From Geopsychrobacteraceae bacterium (GTDB lineage Bacteria > Desulfobacterota > Desulfuromonadia > Desulfuromonadales > Geopsychrobacteraceae), in contig CAXXTB010000001.1 of the NCBI GenBank assembly GCA_963676795.2, positions 224,001 to 288,000 on the forward strand: a stretch of DNA of 64,000 nt. Direction: 5' to 3'. Both the position numbers and the translations under genes were made by a program. Numbering within the stretch: the first letter of the stretch is position 1; every line of letters starts with the position of its first letter. Under the pieces are notes generated by a model that was given only the letters and a program-made list of their open reading frames with translations, had not been told where the DNA came from and made no database searches. This document shows, in pieces, positions 46,519-55,278 of the stretch.

Positions 46519-46618
46519 CAATAGAATCAACGCGGACGGAAAATAGCTCTGCAAATACTCGAATACTTCGGTGGTACACGCAAATTCGCGTCGCCGCCGG
46601 TTATCCAAGCCGTTAGCT
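46513..46618 (+). other. attC2 (106 bp, intact)
   Basis: R'' TTATAAC, L'' ATCAACGCGG, L' CCGCCGGTTAT, R' GTTAGCT. Confidence 0.9.
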
Positions 46619-46683
46619 ATTTGAGGTAGGCTGGAAAAAGTGGACACCAATCTGATAGCCTGCGAGGCTCAAGGAGGTGTCCA

Positions 46684-46992
46684 TTGGAACGCATACCGAG
46701 GCAGTTTTTCACATTGGAATTCAAGGAGGAGGCCGTCAGCCTAGTCATCGATGGCGGCTTGACGGTTGCCGAAGTTGGGCGGCGTTTGAGCGTATCGCAG
46801 CAGACGCTGCGCAACTGGATCAAGAAGCATGGCACCACCGGCCTAAAGGCCCACGGCAGCCATAACGTATCTGAGTTGGAGGCCGAGGTCTCCCGGTTGC
46901 GGAAAGAGCTGGCCGAAGCCCGGCTGGAGAAGGAAATCCTAAAAAAGGCTATGGCGTACCTTGCAAAGGAGCCGCGGGGAGGTACGCGATGA
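46684..46992 (+). CDS. IS3 OrfA
   Basis: FTLEFKEEAV HTH; AAAAAAG -1 frameshift motif at 46941. Confidence 0.9.
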   Translation: MERIPRQFFTLEFKEEAVSLVIDGGLTVAEVGRRLSVSQQTLRNWIKKHGTTGLKAHGSHNVSELEAEVSRLRKELAEARLEKEILKKAMAYLAKEPRGGTR

Positions 46993-47861
46993 TCGACGAG
47001 CTGCGCAAGGAGCAGGGTTTCTCCGTCGATCCGATGTGCCGGACACTCGGCGTATCGAAAAGCGGCTACTATGCCTGGAAGAATCGCAAGCCGTCAGCCC
47101 GCAAGCAGGAGGACGAACGACTCAAAGTGGCGATCAAGGCGGCCCATGAGCGGGGCCGAGGCGCCTACGGGCCGGAGAAGATTCAGGATGAACTGCTTGA
47201 CGTCGAGAAGGTCGAGGTCGGGCTGAACCGGATCAAGCGCCTGCGCCGCCAAATGGACCTGCGATGCAAGCAGGTTAAGAAGTACAAGTCAACCACCGAC
47301 TCGAACCACAAGCTGCCGGTTGCTCCGAATCTGCTGAACCAGGATTTCGCAGTATCAGGGCCGAACAAGGCCTGGGTGGCGGATATCACCTATGTCGCCA
47401 CCGAAGAAGGCTGGCTTTACCTGGCGGCGATCAAGGACCTCTGGAACCGGGAAATCGTCGGCTACGCCATGAGCCATAGGATGACGCAAGACCTGGTTGG
47501 CCGCGCCCTCTTCCGCGCCGTTGCTGCCCGGCGGCCACCGAAAGGGTTGATCCACCATTCGGATCGCGGCAGCCAGTATTGCTCGCGCCGCTACCAGAAG
47601 CTGATGAAGCAATTCGAGATGAAGCCGTCGATGAGCCGCAAGGGGAACTGCTGGGACAACGCCTCGATGGAGAGCTTCTTCGGCACGCTCAAACGGGAAC
47701 TGGTCCACCACCGGAAGTATCGCACCCGGCAGCAAGCTGTCATTGAGATCAGAGAGTATATCGAGATGTTCTACAATCGGCAGAGACGACATGCCAGCTT
47801 GGGCAATCTCTCCCCGGCGGCATACTGGAAGAAATTCATCAGGCAGCAAGGGGCTGCCTGA
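46989..47861 (+). CDS. IS3 OrfB DDE transposase
   Basis: WVADITY, HSDRGSQY, GNCWDNA.MESFF..LKRE. Confidence 0.93.
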   Translation: MIDELRKEQGFSVDPMCRTLGVSKSGYYAWKNRKPSARKQEDERLKVAIKAAHERGRGAYGPEKIQDELLDVEKVEVGLNRIKRLRRQMDLRCKQVKKYKSTTDSNHKLPVAPNLLNQDFAVSGPNKAWVADITYVATEEGWLYLAAIKDLWNREIVGYAMSHRMTQDLVGRALFRAVAARRPPKGLIHHSDRGSQYCSRRYQKLMKQFEMKPSMSRKGNCWDNASMESFFGTLKRELVHHRKYRTRQQAVIEIREYIEMFYNRQRRHASLGNLSPAAYWKKFIRQQGAA

Positions 47862-47912
47862 CTATAACATGGTGTCCACTATTGCGGACCGACCTCAATT
47901 TGGATCTAAATA

Positions 47913-49214
47913 ATGAGTGAATATTCAATAGAACAAAGAAGTCAAAGAATTTACGATAGAAAAACGAGGGAGTATTTCTCTGAAGTTTCAAGTTCTTATC
48001 GAGACGGAAACTATAGGTCCTCTGTTGTTATGCTATGGTCAGTTGCTGTCTGCGATATTTTATTCAAGCTTCAGCACCTTGTTGATATGTACTCAGATTC
48101 TATTGCTAGCAAAATATTATCTGAAATATCTAAACTTCAGGAAGAAAATGAAAGATCTTCCGATTGGGAAATACATCTAATAAAGCTCGTATATGAAAGA
48201 ACAAAGTTAATAGATGTCATCGAGTATGAAAACTTACAGCACCTTCAACGCCAACGTCACCTTTCCGCACACCCTGTTGTAAGTGGTAACATGACCTTGC
48301 ACCGGCCAAATAAGGACACAGTAAGATCTCTGATCCGAAACACACTCGACGGAGTTTTGACTAAACCACCTATATTTACTCGTAAAATATTTGAAGAGTT
48401 TATTACTGATCTAGCCAACTCTACAGATATTCTAATAGAAGAATCCAAACTAAGGAAATACCTAGAAAGCAAGTATTTCTCCAACCTCACTCCAGATATT
48501 GAAGCAATAATATTCAAATCATTATGGAAATTGACCTTTCGAATTGAAAATGAAGAATGCACTAAAAATAGAAATATTAACTATAAGGCACTAAGAATTA
48601 TCTACAAAAGAAATCGAGATAAGATCAACCAACAGATAGTTTTAGAATCTGATTATTTCAGTAATATTTCTGGAAATAATGAGGCTTTGTGCTTTTTAGT
48701 TCATTTCTTATCACAAAATGATTCTTTATTTGCAGGTCTATCCGACGCTGCAAAAATAAAAATTGAACACTGTGCAAAAAACAACATAATTGGAAAAACG
48801 CTTGGTTGGTTCATTAAAACTAGCCTTGAAGAGCACTACAACGATTTGCTCACATGGATCGAAGGAGATGAATATCCAGACTTCATCGACAATACTTTTA
48901 TTGAATTGAAAAAGTGCTCAGACACTCCAGAATGGGATGAAGCGATTTACAAACTTGCCAGTGCATACTATTGCAGAAGTAGTAGTTTTGACACTGCAGA
49001 CAAGAGGTTTTCTCTAGCAATAAGACCTTTGATAAAAGAATTTAACGGCGAAGCACTAAAGTTCTTACTTCAAAAAATTGAAGGCAACAATCAGACATAC
49101 GGGCGCGGAAGTTCAACTCCAGATCATAAACTAATATACGACAGAGCTAAGGAAATTTTCGGAGAAACATTCGATTACTCTTCTTTTCCGCGATTCATAG
49201 CTTCTGTTGAATAG
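47913..49214 (+). CDS. Cassette 3 protein with N-terminal HEPN-like domain
   Basis: YFSEV...YRSSVVMLW helix and Rx4H motif RHLSAH; AT-rich. Confidence 0.6.
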   Translation: MSEYSIEQRSQRIYDRKTREYFSEVSSSYRDGNYRSSVVMLWSVAVCDILFKLQHLVDMYSDSIASKILSEISKLQEENERSSDWEIHLIKLVYERTKLIDVIEYENLQHLQRQRHLSAHPVVSGNMTLHRPNKDTVRSLIRNTLDGVLTKPPIFTRKIFEEFITDLANSTDILIEESKLRKYLESKYFSNLTPDIEAIIFKSLWKLTFRIENEECTKNRNINYKALRIIYKRNRDKINQQIVLESDYFSNISGNNEALCFLVHFLSQNDSLFAGLSDAAKIKIEHCAKNNIIGKTLGWFIKTSLEEHYNDLLTWIEGDEYPDFIDNTFIELKKCSDTPEWDEAIYKLASAYYCRSSSFDTADKRFSLAIRPLIKEFNGEALKFLLQKIEGNNQTYGRGSSTPDHKLIYDRAKEIFGETFDYSSFPRFIASVE

Positions 49215-49300
49215 GACAGCTAACAATCCAATGTCTTTAGACAAATCAAGCGATCTTTCACAATAGAAGACATATTTCTCCCTTTAACTGGGTTATGGGT

Positions 49301-49495
49301 GTTTAAAACTGGCGATAATGTCTCTTCGGCTCTTCAGGCTGAGAGCAGGTCTACCTTACGGGCCATGTCTTAAACGGTATTCGCATCGAGTGGCGGTGAC
49401 GATCAAGCTGATCATCTGCTGTTGCAGTGACGATTAAATTGCGGCCATCTCGATGCGAAGGGATGTTGCTTTAAATCCTGTGTCTACTGGTCTGC
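49301..49495 (-). ncRNA. Predicted bridge RNA, copy 2
   Basis: Same sequence as copy 1. Confidence 0.82.
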
Positions 49496-50767
49496 TTATG
49501 CGGCAGTTTGGTACTGACTCTCGCAGGCAAAGACGCGGTTTTTGTCAAAGTGACCTCCCGATTTATACCAGCCGTAAAACAGTTTCAGAAACTTGCGCAT
49601 AACAGCGGTCATGGCCTTGGTGCCCGACATTCCATGGGCCTTCTTGTTGTGATAATAAGCCCCGTAGAGTGCCTTTTTCTTCACCAGGGGCAGGACTATC
49701 TGGCTAAGAACCTTGCGTAATAGGCTGCGTCCCTTTTTGCTGAGCTTATTCTTGCCGCGATAGGTTCCGCTCTGCTTCTCACGAATGTTCAAACCGGCGT
49801 AGCGCATGAACTTGCGCAGGGTTTCGAAATCGCTGACCGGGCCGGTTTCAGCAACAATGCGGGCCAGGTGAAAGGTGGAGATAACACCCTGCTGCTGTTG
49901 CGGCAAATGAGGATCGAACCGACAGAGCTCCTCATAAAGAGTTTCCATCTGCTGCTTGGCCTCGTCTTTGCGAAGTTGATGCCTCTGGCAATCGTCCCAC
50001 AATTGCCGGAAACGCCATTGTTGAATCTCCACCAGCCGTGAGCTGCTTTGATTACGAACCGAACTCTGTGCCTGACTGTAGAGCCTGTCCAAAGTCGTTT
50101 GACGAATACGAGGGACAACCTGTTTCATCCGCTGGCAAAAGCGCTCTTTGTTCTCGGCAACAATACACAAGGGGTTCATGCCGTAGAGATCGACCAGTGC
50201 CGCTCCCGAACGAGTGTAGAGAAAGTCCTTCTGAAAGTCATAATCGGGAAACAGGACCTTGAGCTGACTGGCCAGCAGGCATTTGGTGCGCACGCATTCA
50301 ACATCGGCCTGTTCATACAGTGCATGCCATTGTCGCAACAGAGCGTAGGATTCATCGTAATGGCGGCAGATGAGGGTTTTGCCCATACTCGCAAGGGTAT
50401 GAATGACATGGGGATCTTTCAGATCCGTTTTGCCTGAGTCATTGGTTTCGATAGACCGCATTTTAAACACCGCTTCGCCGGAGACCCAGGCTGTTAGCAA
50501 ACCAAGCCGGTGCGCTGTTGCCAGCAAGCTCATGTGATAACAGCCGGTCGGTTCACAGACCACGAGAAGCTGTGAGTATCCGGCCATAAGAGCGCGATGC
50601 TTCCAGATAATAAGCTGTTTTTCTATCTCCGGTGTCGCATTGCAGAACTCATGATCGGTTAACCGGCCGGTAATTTTGGTGGCCATGTTCAGAGTTTTCT
50701 TACTGACATCGAAAGCCAGAATTGCAACTGAATGATTTTCTTGAGCAGTCTTTATGGTACTCTTCAT
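49496..50767 (-). CDS. IS110 family recombinase
   Basis: As copy 1, with R56K and I210F. Confidence 0.95.
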   Translation of the reverse strand: MKSTIKTAQENHSVAILAFDVSKKTLNMATKITGRLTDHEFCNATPEIEKQLIIWKHRALMAGYSQLLVVCEPTGCYHMSLLATAHRLGLLTAWVSGEAVFKMRSIETNDSGKTDLKDPHVIHTLASMGKTLICRHYDESYALLRQWHALYEQADVECVRTKCLLASQLKVLFPDYDFQKDFLYTRSGAALVDLYGMNPLCIVAENKERFCQRMKQVVPRIRQTTLDRLYSQAQSSVRNQSSSRLVEIQQWRFRQLWDDCQRHQLRKDEAKQQMETLYEELCRFDPHLPQQQQGVISTFHLARIVAETGPVSDFETLRKFMRYAGLNIREKQSGTYRGKNKLSKKGRSLLRKVLSQIVLPLVKKKALYGAYYHNKKAHGMSGTKAMTAVMRKFLKLFYGWYKSGGHFDKNRVFACESQYQTAA

Positions 50768-50974
50768 GTGGGCTCCTCCTTGATCATGCGGATCTTGACC
50801 GGATCACGCTCGTAGGTTCACTGCCGAATTACAGTGATTATGACAGGGAGGAGTCCTCTTTGTTGATGTGATTAGAATAATAGTAGATCAAGCCGTTGGC
50901 GGATAGCTCTGCGGATCTCGTAAAAGTTTCTACCAAACCGTAAAGCCTCTGCCCCACGGCTTATCAAAACCGTT

Positions 50975-52737
50975 GAGGCTGTAGAAAAACCTTTAAATGT
51001 GCTATAGTTACTCCACTTTTTATGATTTTCAGGGGAGGGAAAACATGGCGCGTTTTATCGATTACAATCCGCATCAAACGGTATTGCTGCCCATCTCCTT
51101 TGAACAACAGATTCTCCCCGGAACCTTTGAGTACACCCTCAGTTTTCTGGTCGACAACAAGCTCGATCTGTCGATCTTCCATCACAAATACAAGAACGAT
51201 GACAACGGCCGGCCGGCCTATGACCCCGCCTTGCTCTTGAAAATTGTCCTGCTGGCCTATGCCCGGGGCGTCACCGGCAGCCGCCGCATTGAAGCGTTGT
51301 GCCGCGAGAATGTTCTGTTCATGGCCTTATCCAGTGACTGCCGCCCTCACTTCACCACCATTGCCGACTTCATCTCCGGCTCAAGCGGTGAGATTGCCAA
51401 GCTCTTCCACCAGGTCCTGATGATCTGTGACGACATGGGATTGATCGGTAGAGAGATGTTTGCTATCGACGGCTGCAAGCTGCCCTCAAATGCCTCTAAA
51501 GAATGGAGTGGCACCCACGACGCGTTAAGAAAGAAGAGCCGGAAGATCGACCAGGCGGTACGCCACATGCTCAATGTGCACCGCGAAGAAGACCGTAAAG
51601 GGGAAAATGATCACCAGATCCGCCAGAAACAGCAGAAACAGATCGATACTCTGCTGGCCGCCAGCGACAAAATCGACCGCTTTCTCAAACAGAACGAACC
51701 CCGCAAAGGCTACAGTGGCAACGAAGTCCAGAGCAATATCACCGATCCTGACAGTGCCAAGATGAAGACCAGTCACGGTGTTATTCAGGGCTATGTCGGT
51801 GTTGCGGCGGTCGACAGTAAGCATCAGATTGTTGTCAGTGCTGAAGCCTTTGGTCAGGGGCAGGAACACGGCTTGCTGGAACCGCTGGTCGAACAGATCG
51901 ACAAAGCCTTCGACAAAGATGTCATTCCCCCATCAAAACAGGCCAAGGTTCTCGCCGACAGTGGGTTCTGCAACAAAGACACCTTGAACTATCTGGAGAA
52001 AAACCAAATTGACGGCTATCTGGCCGATCACGGCTTTCGTTCCCGCGATCCCCGCTTTGCCGATGCCGGCCAGCACAAACCGGAGATCCGGAGGAAGTCT
52101 TCCGCCCGAAACCGTTTCAGCGGTGATGACTTTCAGGTGGATATCGAACAGCAGACCTGCATCTGCCCGGCCGGAAAGAGCCTGTGGCTCAAATGTGCCA
52201 AAGCCAAAATCCGCGATAATCTCTTCATGCAGTTCATGGGGCACAAAGAGGATTGTGATAACTGCCCGCTGCGCGACAGATGTTTAAAGAGCAGCAAACA
52301 AAAAGGCGCCCGCCAGCTCAACGTATTACTTGAGCATGTCGAAACTGAAAAGAACGGCCCCCTGGAACGGATGAAGCAGAAAATCGACAGCAAACTCGGC
52401 CGCCATATCTACAGCCAGCGTCTCGGTATTGTCGAACCGGTCTTCGGCCACATCTGCGAAGCTATCGGCATCAAAAGGTTCAGCCTGCGCAGTAAAGCCA
52501 AGGTTGACGGCCAATGGAAACTATTCACCCTGTTGCATAATCTGACCAAGATTCACCGTTTCGGGATGGCATAGAGGGAGAAAACGCCTGAAAAATGCAG
52601 AAATCTTAAAAATTCCGGATGGATAATACGGCAAAAAATGCTTAAATGAGCAAACGGGAAAAAACCAGCTGGACATCGAAACATTAACTCGATTCCGGGA
52701 TATGAGAACTCAGTGATCCCGGTTTTTCTACAGATTC
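50975..52737 (+). mobile_element. IS1182 family element
   Basis: IRs GAGGCTGTAGAAAAAC / GTTTTTCTACAGATTC flanked by GTT on both sides. Confidence 0.88.
51045..52574 (+). CDS. IS1182 family transposase
   Basis: GRPAYDPALLLK, FAIDGCK, NITDPDS, LADSGF, CPAG, IVEPVFG; start at MARFID. Confidence 0.92.
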   Translation: MARFIDYNPHQTVLLPISFEQQILPGTFEYTLSFLVDNKLDLSIFHHKYKNDDNGRPAYDPALLLKIVLLAYARGVTGSRRIEALCRENVLFMALSSDCRPHFTTIADFISGSSGEIAKLFHQVLMICDDMGLIGREMFAIDGCKLPSNASKEWSGTHDALRKKSRKIDQAVRHMLNVHREEDRKGENDHQIRQKQQKQIDTLLAASDKIDRFLKQNEPRKGYSGNEVQSNITDPDSAKMKTSHGVIQGYVGVAAVDSKHQIVVSAEAFGQGQEHGLLEPLVEQIDKAFDKDVIPPSKQAKVLADSGFCNKDTLNYLEKNQIDGYLADHGFRSRDPRFADAGQHKPEIRRKSSARNRFSGDDFQVDIEQQTCICPAGKSLWLKCAKAKIRDNLFMQFMGHKEDCDNCPLRDRCLKSSKQKGARQLNVLLEHVETEKNGPLERMKQKIDSKLGRHIYSQRLGIVEPVFGHICEAIGIKRFSLRSKAKVDGQWKLFTLLHNLTKIHRFGMA

Positions 52738-52748
52738 GTTAAGTGTCT

Positions 52749-53060
52749 ATGCAAACGTACCTGACAATAAAAAAAGAAGTTGTAGCAACCTTAGATAGCA
52801 ATTGGTCTATAACTGAAGAAGCTACACATCCTGACAACTTCGGCAGTATGTACTGCATTTTTTCGAACAAACATGCATCCATACGCTTAATTTGGGACGG
52901 AAGAGATGGTTGCTGCTATGCACAGAAAATGGACTCTGACGGTTGGCACGATTTGCCAATATCCTTAACCAGGGAGGATGTTGAGGGCCAGGCCGAAAAC
53001 ACGGAGAAGATCTTTCGGTTTTGCGCATTAATAAAAGATTCGTGCAAAGCCAACACTTAA
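52749..53060 (+). CDS. Cassette 4 hypothetical protein
   Basis: ORF exactly fills the GTTAAGT...ACTTAAC cassette. Confidence 0.7.
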   Translation: MQTYLTIKKEVVATLDSNWSITEEATHPDNFGSMYCIFSNKHASIRLIWDGRDGCCYAQKMDSDGWHDLPISLTREDVEGQAENTEKIFRFCALIKDSCKANT

Positions 53061-53137
53061 CAATCCAATGTCTTTAGACAAATCAAGCGATCTTTCACAA
53101 TAGAAGACATATTTCTCCCTTTAACTGGGTTATGGGT

Positions 53138-53332
53138 GTTTAAAACTGGCGATAATGTCTCTTCGGCTCTTCAGGCTGAGAGCAGGTCTACCTTACGGGC
53201 CATGTCTTAAACGGTATTCGCATCGAGTGGCGGTGACGATCAAGCTGATCATCTGCTGTTGCAGTGACGATTAAATTGCGGCCATCTCGATGCGAAGGGA
53301 TGTTGCTTTAAATCCTGTGTCTACTGGTCTGC
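53138..53332 (-). ncRNA. Predicted bridge RNA, copy 3
   Basis: Same sequence as copy 1. Confidence 0.82.
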
Positions 53333-54604
53333 TTATGCGGCAGTTTGGTACTGACTCTCGCAGGCAAAGACGCGGTTTTTGTCAAAGTGACCTCCCGATT
53401 TATACCAGCCGTAAAACAGTTTCAGAAACTTGCGCATAACAGCGGTCATGGCCTTGGTGCCCGACATTCCATGGGCCTTCTTGTTGTGATAATAAGCCCC
53501 GTAGAGTGCCTTTTTCTTCACCAGGGGCAGGACTATCTGGCTAAGAACCTTGCGTAATAGGCTGCGTCCCTTTTTGCTGAGCTTATTCTTGCCGCGATAG
53601 GTTCCGCTCTGCTTCTCACGAATGTTCAAACCGGCGTAGCGCATGAACTTGCGCAGGGTTTCGAAATCGCTGACCGGGCCGGTTTCAGCAACAATGCGGG
53701 CCAGGTGAAAGGTGGAGATAACACCCTGCTGCTGTTGCGGCAAATGAGGATCGAACCGACAGAGCTCCTCATAAAGAGTTTCCATCTGCTGCTTGGCCTC
53801 GTCTTTGCGAAGTTGATGCCTCTGGCAATCGTCCCACAATTGCCGGAAACGCCATTGTTGAATCTCCACCAGCCGTGAGCTGCTTTGATTACGGACCGAA
53901 CTCTGTGCCTGACTGTAGAGCCTGTCCAAAGTCGTTTGACGAATACGAGGGACAACCTGTTTCATCCGCTGGCAAATGCGCTCTTTGTTCTCGGCAACAA
54001 TACACAAGGGGTTCATGCCGTAGAGATCGACCAGTGCCGCTCCCGAACGAGTGTAGAGAAAGTCCTTCTGAAAGTCATAATCGGGAAACAGGACCTTGAG
54101 CTGACTGGCCAGCAGGCATTTGGTGCGCACGCATTCAACATCGGCCTGTTCATACAGTGCATGCCATTGTCGCAACAGAGCGTAGGATTCATCGTAATGG
54201 CGGCAGATGAGGGTTTTGCCCATACTCGCAAGGGTATGAATGACATGGGGATCTTTCAGATCCGTTTTGCCTGAGTCATTGGTTTCGATAGACCGCATTT
54301 TAAACACCGCTTCGCCGGAGACCCAGGCTGTTAGCAAACCAAGCCGGTGCGCTGTTGCCAGCAAGCTCATGTGATAACAGCCGGTCGGTTCACAGACCAC
54401 GAGAAGCTGTGAGTATCCGGCCATAAGAGCGCGATGCTTCCAGATAATAAGCTGTTTTTCTATCTCCGGTGTCGCATTGCAGAACTCATGATCGGTTAAC
54501 CGGCCGGTAATTTTGGTGGCCATGTTCAGAGTTTTCTTACTGACATCGAAAGCCAGAATTGCAACTGAATGATTTTCTTGAGCAGTCTTTATGGTACTCT
54601 TCAT
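53333..54604 (-). CDS. IS110 family recombinase
   Basis: As copy 1, with R56K. Confidence 0.95.
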   Translation of the reverse strand: MKSTIKTAQENHSVAILAFDVSKKTLNMATKITGRLTDHEFCNATPEIEKQLIIWKHRALMAGYSQLLVVCEPTGCYHMSLLATAHRLGLLTAWVSGEAVFKMRSIETNDSGKTDLKDPHVIHTLASMGKTLICRHYDESYALLRQWHALYEQADVECVRTKCLLASQLKVLFPDYDFQKDFLYTRSGAALVDLYGMNPLCIVAENKERICQRMKQVVPRIRQTTLDRLYSQAQSSVRNQSSSRLVEIQQWRFRQLWDDCQRHQLRKDEAKQQMETLYEELCRFDPHLPQQQQGVISTFHLARIVAETGPVSDFETLRKFMRYAGLNIREKQSGTYRGKNKLSKKGRSLLRKVLSQIVLPLVKKKALYGAYYHNKKAHGMSGTKAMTAVMRKFLKLFYGWYKSGGHFDKNRVFACESQYQTAA

Positions 54605-54942
54605 GTGGGCTCCTCCTTGATCATGCGGATCTTGACCGGATCACGCTCGTAGGTTCACTGCCGAATTACAGTGATTATGACAGGGAGGAGTCCTCTTTGT
54701 TGATGTGATTAGAATAATAGTAGATCAAGCGGACGGAAAACGCGAGCGACTAAATTTGAAAAGGTTCGGTGGTGGCCGAATCGTCGCGTCGCCGCCGCTT
54801 ATCTCCACCGTTAAAAATTCAGATACCAAAATAAGCTTCCCTCACATCATATAACCCCTCAAATAAAATCGTTGATCTCATTAGCGCCTGTGAAGTAAAA
54901 GAGATTGCAGAGTATTTAACTAAATGAAAACAAGGAGGGGTT

Positions 54943-55272
54943 ATGGCAACATCACTAGACAAAGACAAAGTACGACGAATGATCGACGAATACTTCAAGA
55001 TTGCCGGTCATACGGGCTGGAACGGGGATGTTAACGAAAGAGTAGCAGCAGTTTTTGGAGAAATGCTCCAAAAAACCTCAATGTGTTCTCATGCTTTTAG
55101 CTGGGTTCCAAGACCACCGGGCGGCAAAGCGTCCATTGTTTGGCTATGCACGCAAATCGGATCTGGTGCCTTCAGAAGTTTGAGGGATAAATCTTCCGTT
55201 ACCTGCATGAAAAGCGTTATCTATGGTTATAAACGTCAACTTGATATTGCTGAAGCATTTGGAACGAACTGA
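54943..55272 (+). CDS. Hypothetical protein
   Basis: AAGGAGG RBS, 109 aa. Confidence 0.7.
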   Translation: MATSLDKDKVRRMIDEYFKIAGHTGWNGDVNERVAAVFGEMLQKTSMCSHAFSWVPRPPGGKASIVWLCTQIGSGAFRSLRDKSSVTCMKSVIYGYKRQLDIAEAFGTN

Positions 55273-55278
55273 GGTCAC

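Larger units (their letters stand above)
46622..47897 (+). mobile_element. IS3 family element (1276 bp)
   Basis: TG...CA ends, 28-bp IRs (22/28 match), 3-bp ATT direct repeats at 46619 and 47898. Confidence 0.93.
49231..50888 (-). mobile_element. IS110-family element copy 2
   Basis: 1658 bp, AT cores at 49231 and 50887, near identical to copy 1. Confidence 0.93.
49218..52744 (+). other. attC3 (~105 bp reconstituted), interrupted by IS110 copy 2 and IS1182
   Basis: R'' AGCTAAC (complement of GTTAGCT 46612); L'' ATCAAGCCGT / L' ACGGCTTAT; R' GTT at 50972, continued as GTTAAGT at 52738. Confidence 0.85.
53068..54725 (-). mobile_element. IS110-family element copy 3
   Basis: 1658 bp, AT cores at 53068 and 54724. 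Confidence 0.93.
53055..54816 (+). other. attC4 (106 bp reconstituted), interrupted by IS110 copy 3
   Basis: R'' ACTTAAC; L'' ATCAAGCGG / L' CCGCTTAT; R' GTTAAAA 54810. Confidence 0.88.

Noticed and set aside
43546..54725. Three long repeats as CRISPR array or assembly artefact
   Set aside because: They are 1658-bp ISs with different flanks and a few nucleotide differences; there is no short repeat-spacer pattern and no cas gene
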